The notes under the pieces are model-generated. The model was not told the origin of the DNA, searched no databases, and saw nothing but the letters and a program-made list of their open reading frames with translations. A DNA stretch of 14,269 nucleotides, taken from positions 1-14,269 of the forward strand of contig JAEOUE010000185.1 of NCBI GenBank assembly GCA_016839515.1, given 5' to 3'. The DNA comes from Candidatus Hodarchaeum mangrovi (GTDB lineage: Archaea > Asgardarchaeota > Heimdallarchaeia > Hodarchaeales > Hodarchaeaceae). The position numbers and the translations under genes were made by a program. This document shows, piece after piece, positions 9,601 through 14,269 of the stretch (its first letter is position 1; each line of letters starts with the position of its first letter).

Positions 9601-10279
9601 GAACACGATCACCTGGTCTAGCAGTATCAACAAGATCATCAATGATATGAATAGTAATACTTTGAGGTAATTGACCTGGAGGGAGTTCTTCTGGTTTTTC
9701 TTGGAGCGTAAGTTTTTGCCAATCAATGAATATACTTCGTTCAAGTTGGAGTTGTAATGATCCTTTACGTTGACATTGTTCATTCATACATTGATAAGGT
9801 GGTAGAAATATCCCTTCAGGGAAATCAACAATCTGATTATCTTCTCCACAAGCAGCACATTTAAAAACGCCACGAATTAATAATGGTGTGGCCTCAGTTA
9901 CCCCTATTACAATCCCTTCGAAGTTTGTTAATAATCCAAGATGTTCTGTTTTTAATGAACGTAATTTTATTTTTTCAGTTAGGTCGATGATCCGAACATG
10001 AAGCTGGATCAACTTTTCAACATAAGAGGGACTAATTTGCATAAGAATTAAACGAAGGACTTCCACTCCTATCTGAAGAGTTTCTTCAGGATAGCTTAAA
10101 ATGCCCAATGCTAAATCTGGATCGAAGATTAATAGATCATTATAAGAAATCTCGAAACTTCGTAAGCCCCGAGGTTCCATTTCTCTGATCATTTCACGAT
10201 ATTTAAGTTCACCTTGCTCATTTTCAAACTGGTTAATGAATGATTCAAATCGTCCGCGTACATCAAATGATAATCCCAT
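6629..10279 (-). CDS. mcm: MCM replicative helicase, intein-containing precursor (1216 aa; 690 aa after splicing)
   Basis: Zn finger CAAC..CMNEQC, QEKPEELPPGQLP, Walker A GDPGVGKSQ, GLTAAV, Walker B DEFDKM, AMEQH/TISIAKAG, Arg finger SRFD, sensor 2 ITPRQLE, C-terminal winged helix. SD-like GGGGT upstream. Confidence 0.97.
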   Translation of the reverse strand: MGLSFDVRGRFESFINQFENEQGELKYREMIREMEPRGLRSFEISYNDLLIFDPDLALGILSYPEETLQIGVEVLRLILMQISPSYVEKLIQLHVRIIDLTEKIKLRSLKTEHLGLLTNFEGIVIGVTEATPLLIRGVFKCAACGEDNQIVDFPEGIFLPPYQCMNEQCQRKGSLQLQLERSIFIDWQKLTLQEKPEELPPGQLPQSITIHIIDDLVDTARPGDRVQVVGVLKARASRLLKRGQLATYTKFFQGISISKETKEYVDIEISEEDELKIIDLSKSPYIIEKIRDSLAPSIYGFDSVKEAIATLLFGGSSKETPDGVKLRGELNILLIGDPGVGKSQLLKFVAYLAPRALYTSGKGSTAAGLTAAVIRDQDTGEITLEAGALVLADQGIAMVDEFDKMRPEDRTAIHEAMEQHSYHPSFEISLSNGLKTPIGAYVDNLLAKDTEKTINGVNCEILPLDHLEESLYSCDFNQFFHQKITQVSRHEAPDSFVRLTYSNGRDILVTPEHPIFIFHGEHIDEIPADEIQVDSFVPSPRIIHFSNKQIKLEKNIDPGRKETNLPTSLTESLARFLGYYVTEGYSCEGSTMEVGLSNTKAKIIQDMKKVIRETFHIIPIDNTKNNRILRILSKSVYNYLHYNFPNLMKKSLERRIPSLLFSSDRNCRIAFLNAAFHGDGSIETESCVYSTSSKGLAQDYQDLLLSLGIHTRIVSSDYLTIMGKESRVRYKVYIRGDHLSRFVKIVIPDLRNNEKLKLLVQRSKRKYRSYDVLPSGTGRIIKECMKRLGLPYNGYFQQYLNGNYGITIKVIDKYLEALKERIFVLENILPDISDLRQFRETIGYSQAQLARMIGEKRGIIDYVENGGYILQYRTSVLDVSRIVFHEILSDVKKSISYIEKLKQFKWLRIKKVERIPNADKNKTDWVYDVTVNPTRTFVSHGLILHNTISIAKAGIVATLNARTSILAAANPRRGRWNPYKGTADNLNLPATILSRFDLIFVLEDRPDEKEDHDKASHILTLHKSRVLPVSPPIEHNLLRKYIAYARREVKPRLSDQAQERLLEYYKKLRRESGTIDEKGPDPIAITPRQLEALIRLSEARAKMRLSDEVSYDDASGAINLMESTLEKLAKDAETGKFDIDKYSSDVSAGSRRKLDRIEALIDKLLEEADDEPVAKKMIVDKAVEADMDRQDVIRTIDEMVRRGVLFEPQSGHVKRP
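7442..9019 (-). mobile_element. Intein (526 aa, MCM residues 421-946) with LAGLIDADG homing endonuclease
   Basis: Interrupts the conserved MCM motif HEAMEQx|TISIAKAG. Starts SYHPSFEI (Ser1), block B VTPEHP, blocks C and E FLGYYVTEG and FLNAAFHGDG, block F WVYDVTV, ends LILHN before +1 Thr. Removal gives a normal-length MCM. Confidence 0.95.
7682..7780 (-). other. XRE/Cro-C1 helix-turn-helix embedded in the intein
   Basis: DLRQFRETIGYSQAQLARMIGEKRGIIDYVENG matches HTH_3 consensus LR..R...G.SQ..LA..iG.....i...E.G. Confidence 0.8.
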
Positions 10280-10294
10280 AAGTACCCCTTCTTT

Positions 10295-10876
10295 TTATGA
10301 TAGTTTAACAAATTCTTTTTTCCACGTTTTAATAATAGTTCTGAGTTGTTGATAGAATACTTGTTCTGTTACGGTTAAATTACTTTTTTGGATATTGATA
10401 TCCTTCCATTCAGTCATTTTAATAATTTTTGAAACTCTTTCGGTCGCTAACTTGGTAAACGCTGATATAAGACGCTTAGTTTCGAGTTCATTAAATCGAG
10501 AATCTTGTTTTTCACTGGAATCTAAATGAGGGGTTATTAAAAAATAAAAAAAAGGGTGAAGCTTTTGTAGCTCTCCAGATCTAACTTCATTTCTAAGTGC
10601 AGTGGTCAGGTCTTGTAATTGAGTGGGATATTCCTTCGTATAATCCTCTATAATCCCTTTTCTAAACAGAAATTCTGCGATATATAGAGGAATTTCATCA
10701 TTAGTCCCTTTAGTTGCAGGGTTTATTGAAATACTACTGAATTTAAACCCTGAAAAATCTTCACGAAATGTAACGGGAATTTTATATTCTAGAAATTCAA
10801 ATTCTATACGTATATTTTCATTTTTCATTTCTTGTGATTCAACAGTAGATGAAAGACCTTCTATTGTAGTTTCCAT
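10295..10876 (-). CDS. gins23: GINS complex subunit, B-A domain order (Gins23, Psf2/Psf3-like)
   Basis: N-terminal beta B-domain (IPVTFREDF...EIPLYIAEFLFRKGII), then helical A-domain (LQKLHPFFY, ERVSKIIKM, NLTVTEQVFY...W). Lies 15 bp upstream of mcm, a known archaeal linkage. Confidence 0.85.
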   Translation of the reverse strand: METTIEGLSSTVESQEMKNENIRIEFEFLEYKIPVTFREDFSGFKFSSISINPATKGTNDEIPLYIAEFLFRKGIIEDYTKEYPTQLQDLTTALRNEVRSGELQKLHPFFYFLITPHLDSSEKQDSRFNELETKRLISAFTKLATERVSKIIKMTEWKDINIQKSNLTVTEQVFYQQLRTIIKTWKKEFVKLS

Positions 10877-10907
10877 TTATACACTTTCCAATTCAAAATT
10901 TATCAGG

Positions 10908-10959
10908 AAAGATTTGAGGAAAAAGATAAGAACTAAAAACTGCTTTTCCTCAAATCTTT
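10908..10959. repeat. Perfect 16-bp inverted repeat with 20-nt spacer
   Basis: AAAGATTTGAGGAAAA (10908-10923) and TTTTCCTCAAATCTTT (10944-10959), 31 bp upstream of the gins23 start codon. Confidence 0.9.
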
Positions 10960-10967
10960 TTTATAAA

Positions 10968-10980
10968 ATTCCGTAGGAAT
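10968..10980. promoter_or_regulatory. ORB-like palindrome ATTCC-GTA-GGAAT (candidate Orc1/Cdc6 binding site)
   Basis: TTCC-N3-GGAA dyad as in the archaeal ORB core TTCCAGTGGAA, next to an AT-rich tract between cdc6 and gins23. Single copy and no G-string. Confidence 0.35.
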
Positions 10981-11289
10981 AATTTAATTTTTTTTGATAA
11001 TCGATAATATATCACATTTTCGTGGTCACAATATTTTCCTGAACAATGACGTTAGGGAAAATTTAGATTAAAAGCACTTCCTACACCGTTTTAAAAGTGT
11101 TTAACGAGGTACTTCACTATTAATACCTAAATTTCCCTTTTAAATGCTTTCAGATAATTTATTGAGTAGGGAGATGTTTTTTTTTACTTCATAAAGAATA
11201 TAAATCATCATATCAAATTTAAATTGGGATTAAGAATGGTAATTCATTCAAATATTCGACTTATTTGACAGGACACCACTTGGAGCATT

Positions 11290-12510
11290 TTAAACTCTTT
11301 GAAATCTTTTATCTAGGAAAACCTCAATGCGTTCAATTAGAACTGCTGCGGGAACATCATGAATCGTTAAACGAGCTCTAACTCCTTTTCTTCCTTTAAC
11401 TCCTTTAGTTACCTTCCCAAGTATTCCAATAGCTTCCAACGTTGATAGGTAATTCCTGAATGCAGCTTCTCCATTAGGTCTGACATTCCATTCCTCACAT
11501 ATAATTCGATAGTTTTTGAAGGAATGCTCTATAGTTGTCGCAGTGATTCCTTTATGATGTAATCGCCGAGCAATGCTTAATGCTGCAAATAATTCATGGG
11601 TTTTTAGTTCCTCGAGAATATCTGCCCGCATTTCAGGAAAAACATCATTCTTAGCATGTCTTATCAGTTCTGGGGTGAGTTCATCCATTCGATGTTGGTC
11701 TGCAGCCCGTCCAGCTCGGTAAAAGATTTCTATCCCATGTCTTAGATTTTTTGTTTGATCACAAATGTCAGCAACCATTTCAATAATATCTTCTGAAATT
11801 GAACTAGTTTTGAAAGCTAATTGTGCACGGTACTCCAAGATCTTACGAGTCTCCTCATAATTGTAAGGATTAAACTGAATAACATCAGCGATGCGTTGGG
11901 AGACCATAGAAGATAAAGTTACTTTCCATTCGGTTGGTCGACTTATCATAATTAAAGAAATTCGATGGGCAGCCCCAAATTCTTCAGGCAAATGAATAAA
12001 ACCCCGAATATCTTTTTGGGGTAAAACACTTATTTCATCAAGAATAAGAAGTAGATAAGCTTGCTCTGAATTTAACCTACGGATCAAAATGTCAGTAGAT
12101 TCCTCATCACTAAAACCCCGACTTGCCACTCCAAATTGATCTCGTAAAAAACTTCTAAGAATAGATGTCTTTGTTCGTGTTGTCCAACAATTCTTATAAT
12201 CTGTATAAAGCTTGATATGGTGCCTTCCTGCCATATTTTGGATATGCTCAACAGTATAACGTGCAGTTACTGTTTTTCCCACTCCAGCAGGTCCTGTTAG
12301 AGCAAGATTAGTTGAAAAACCTTCTGTTCCTCCACTCTTTAATAAGAACAAAGGACGAAAGTTTTGAGAAATCCTCCGAATATCATCACTCCGATATTCA
12401 AGATTTTCAGGTACAAATGATTGGTTAAGTGTCCGCTCTCCCCCTTCTTTGAATACTGAAGAAGAAAATAAGGCATCTTGAATAATATCAACAGATCTTT
12501 TTTCATTCAT
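11290..12510 (-). CDS. cdc6: Orc1/Cdc6 replication initiator (AAA+ and winged helix)
   Basis: SSVFK...FVPENLEYR, Walker A GPAGVGKT, YKNC, Walker B LILDEI, FNPYNYEETRKILEYRA, sensor 2 NLR, winged helix FRNYLSTLEAIGIL...GRKG. SD GGAGA upstream. Confidence 0.95.
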   Translation of the reverse strand: MNEKRSVDIIQDALFSSSVFKEGGERTLNQSFVPENLEYRSDDIRRISQNFRPLFLLKSGGTEGFSTNLALTGPAGVGKTVTARYTVEHIQNMAGRHHIKLYTDYKNCWTTRTKTSILRSFLRDQFGVASRGFSDEESTDILIRRLNSEQAYLLLILDEISVLPQKDIRGFIHLPEEFGAAHRISLIMISRPTEWKVTLSSMVSQRIADVIQFNPYNYEETRKILEYRAQLAFKTSSISEDIIEMVADICDQTKNLRHGIEIFYRAGRAADQHRMDELTPELIRHAKNDVFPEMRADILEELKTHELFAALSIARRLHHKGITATTIEHSFKNYRIICEEWNVRPNGEAAFRNYLSTLEAIGILGKVTKGVKGRKGVRARLTIHDVPAAVLIERIEVFLDKRFQRV

Positions 12511-12661
12511 GGAAGAGATCTCCTATTGAAGATTTATAGAAACTATGAAATACTACTTTTGATCCTAAATTATACCTAGGATTAAGCATTAGAAAAAATG
12601 ACTATATGATAAATATATAGCTCTAATACTAATAAAGTCCAAAGTTAATTATAATGCATTC

Positions 12662-13843
12662 TTAGAATAGTGCTTTACATTTCTTCCATACTTGCGTTTC
12701 TCTTAATTCTTCTTTTAGAACATTTAAATATTGTTCATTAGCTGTATGGATCAATTTATAATTCTCAATCTTGTAGGGATCAATTTTAGGATCATTAATT
12801 TGTTTATTAGCTACGATATTATATTTAGTGCGGCAAAAATCAATCCAATCTGAGGGAGATTCGTCAGGAAGTGAAATTCCTGTTATTCCCATAAGAATGG
12901 CAAGCCAAACTCGTGCAACAGAATCAGGATTATACCCCCCGCCTCCTAGAAGCAATAGCTTACCATCTGCATTTGAAATCCGAGTAAGTTCGGAAATTCG
13001 CATACCTAGATAAGAATATAGATTTGTAGTAAGATTTAAATGCCCTAGAACATCACGAAAATGACCATCTGCTCCACATTGCCAAACAACAAATTCAGGA
13101 TCGTATTCCTCCCAAATACAGGGAATTAAACTCTCAAACATTTCAATGTAATTATCATCCCAAGTCCCAGGGTACAATGGTAGGTTTAGAGAATATCCTA
13201 ATCCATTTTTTTCACCTATTTCATCTGACAACCCAGTTCCAGGAAAAATAAATTGGGGAGATTCGTGAATAGATATTCCTAAAACACTATTCTCAGCATA
13301 AAAGGCATCTAATACACCGTCTCCAGCATGAACATCTGTATCAACATAAAGTACTTTTTTAATATTATATTTTTTCTGTAAAAAACGAATTGCAATCACC
13401 ACATCGTTGTAATAGCAGAATCCGGCAGCCTTTTCAGCGAAAGCATGATGAAGACCACCTAATAGAGAAAATGCTTGATTAATATCCCCATTCATAATAC
13501 GCTTAATACCTTCTAATGCTCCCCCGACTATAAGACTTGAACTTTCATGCATCCCATGAAATACAGGACAATCTCCTGTCCCCAAACCATATCGGAAATC
13601 ATACCCCTTGCCAATTCTAGATAACTCTTTCATTATTTCCAAATATTTGGGGGTATGAAATAGCAGAATATCGTCATCTGAAGCTTTTTGAGGTTCTATA
13701 TGCTTAATTTCAGGTCTTCCAAAAATCTTTAAACTTTTAAGTAGTTGAAAAGGTATTAATAACCGTTTAGGATTCATTGGATGCCCTTCGCCTAAATTAT
13801 ACGTTAAATACTGATCTGACCAAATTATTCCAGTTGTAATCAC
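12662..13843 (-). CDS. acuC: Zn-dependent histone deacetylase family protein, AcuC/class I-like
   Basis: HPMNPKR, GTGDCPVFHGMHE, GGLHHA, GFCYYND, DTDVHAGDG, SIHE..FPGTG, QCGADGH, GGGGY; Zn ligands and catalytic His-His/Tyr are present. GTG start with SD AGGAG. Confidence 0.92.
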   Translation of the reverse strand: MITTGIIWSDQYLTYNLGEGHPMNPKRLLIPFQLLKSLKIFGRPEIKHIEPQKASDDDILLFHTPKYLEIMKELSRIGKGYDFRYGLGTGDCPVFHGMHESSSLIVGGALEGIKRIMNGDINQAFSLLGGLHHAFAEKAAGFCYYNDVVIAIRFLQKKYNIKKVLYVDTDVHAGDGVLDAFYAENSVLGISIHESPQFIFPGTGLSDEIGEKNGLGYSLNLPLYPGTWDDNYIEMFESLIPCIWEEYDPEFVVWQCGADGHFRDVLGHLNLTTNLYSYLGMRISELTRISNADGKLLLLGGGGYNPDSVARVWLAILMGITGISLPDESPSDWIDFCRTKYNIVANKQINDPKIDPYKIENYKLIHTANEQYLNVLKEELRETQVWKKCKALF

Positions 13844-13965
13844 AATATATCGCTCCTAGAGCAAGACTAAGTTATCCATAAATCGTTTGAGTTGTTAAAA
13901 AAACCTTATCAACATACTTAAAATATATTCGATTTAGTTTCTAATTCTCTACGGAAAATACCCTC

Positions 13966-13979
13966 AAATCTTAAGATTT
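13966..13979. promoter_or_regulatory. Perfect 14-bp palindrome AAATCTTAAGATTT in the divergent HDAC/Arf intergenic region
   Basis: Self-complementary sequence read directly. A role as operator is inferred from its position only. Confidence 0.4.
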
Positions 13980-14049
13980 TTAAACAGGATAGAAGAAAGT
14001 TAATATGTTGAATATTAAATTTGAATAAATTAAAGGGAATGCATTACGA

Positions 14050-14269
14050 ATGTCTAAAAAGAACGCGAAGATAAGTGTCTTAGGTCTAGACAGGGCAGGA
14101 AAAACTACAATGCTTCAGCGCTTAAAGACTGGAAGATGGATACCTGATACTACACCAACTATAGGCATGAACGCCGAAACAATACAAATTGGTGATGTTA
14201 CTTTTTCTGCATGGGATCTAGGTGGACAATTACAATTTCGAAGAGCTCTCTGGGAGATGTATACTAAAA
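14050..14269 (+). CDS. Arf-family small GTPase, 5' part (runs off the window end)
   Basis: Manual translation MSKKNAKISVLGLDRAGKTTMLQRLKTGRWIPDTTPTIGMNAETIQIGDVTFSAWDLGGQLQFRRALWEMYTK: G1 GLDRAGKTT, G2 PTIGxN, G3 WDLGGQ and LWxxY are Arf signatures. Absent from the ORF track because no stop codon falls in the window. Confidence 0.93.
   Translation, partial: MSKKNAKISVLGLDRAGKTTMLQRLKTGRWIPDTTPTIGMNAETIQIGDVTFSAWDLGGQLQFRRALWEMYTK

Larger units (their letters stand above)
10877..11289. other. Candidate replication origin or regulatory intergenic region (413 bp)
   Basis: Longest fully bounded non-coding gap in the window, AT-rich, several dyad elements, adjacent to orc1/cdc6 and gins23-mcm. 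Confidence 0.4.

Noticed and set aside
6702-9783. Short ORFs at 6702-6950, 8648-8881, 8971-9219 and 9595-9783
   Set aside because: Antisense or out-of-frame within mcm and its intein; no motifs.
10908-10959. The 16-bp inverted repeat as IS or MITE termini
   Set aside because: Only 20 nt between the arms, no evident target-site duplication and no transposase in the window.
12828-13013. 61-aa + strand ORF
   Set aside because: Antisense shadow of the HDAC gene.
1-14269. CRISPR arrays, tRNA or rRNA genes, transposases, integrases
   Set aside because: No regularly spaced repeats, GC-rich cloverleaf or rRNA-like segments, or recombinase motifs were seen by eye.

Overview
AT-rich archaeal window, most likely from an Asgard archaeon (inferred from two Ras-superfamily small GTPases, one clearly Arf-like, next to archaeal replication genes). 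The centre is a minus-strand run of genes: AcuC/class I-like histone deacetylase, orc1/cdc6, a 413-bp intergenic region with several inverted repeats (candidate origin or regulatory region), gins23, mcm, hel308 and a double-SIS sugar-phosphate isomerase/deaminase. The mcm carries a 526-aa intein with a LAGLIDADG endonuclease and an extra XRE-type HTH. The left end holds a divergent small GTPase followed by an uncharacterised 325-aa protein that reads as a GAP1-N/GAP1-M (DENN-like) module fused to an Spt5/NusG-type KOW domain, which is the best candidate for an undescribed system. A mini HEAT-repeat protein and endonuclease III follow. The right end holds the 5' part of an Arf-family GTPase missing from the ORF track. 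All family assignments come from reading motifs by eye; no searches were run.
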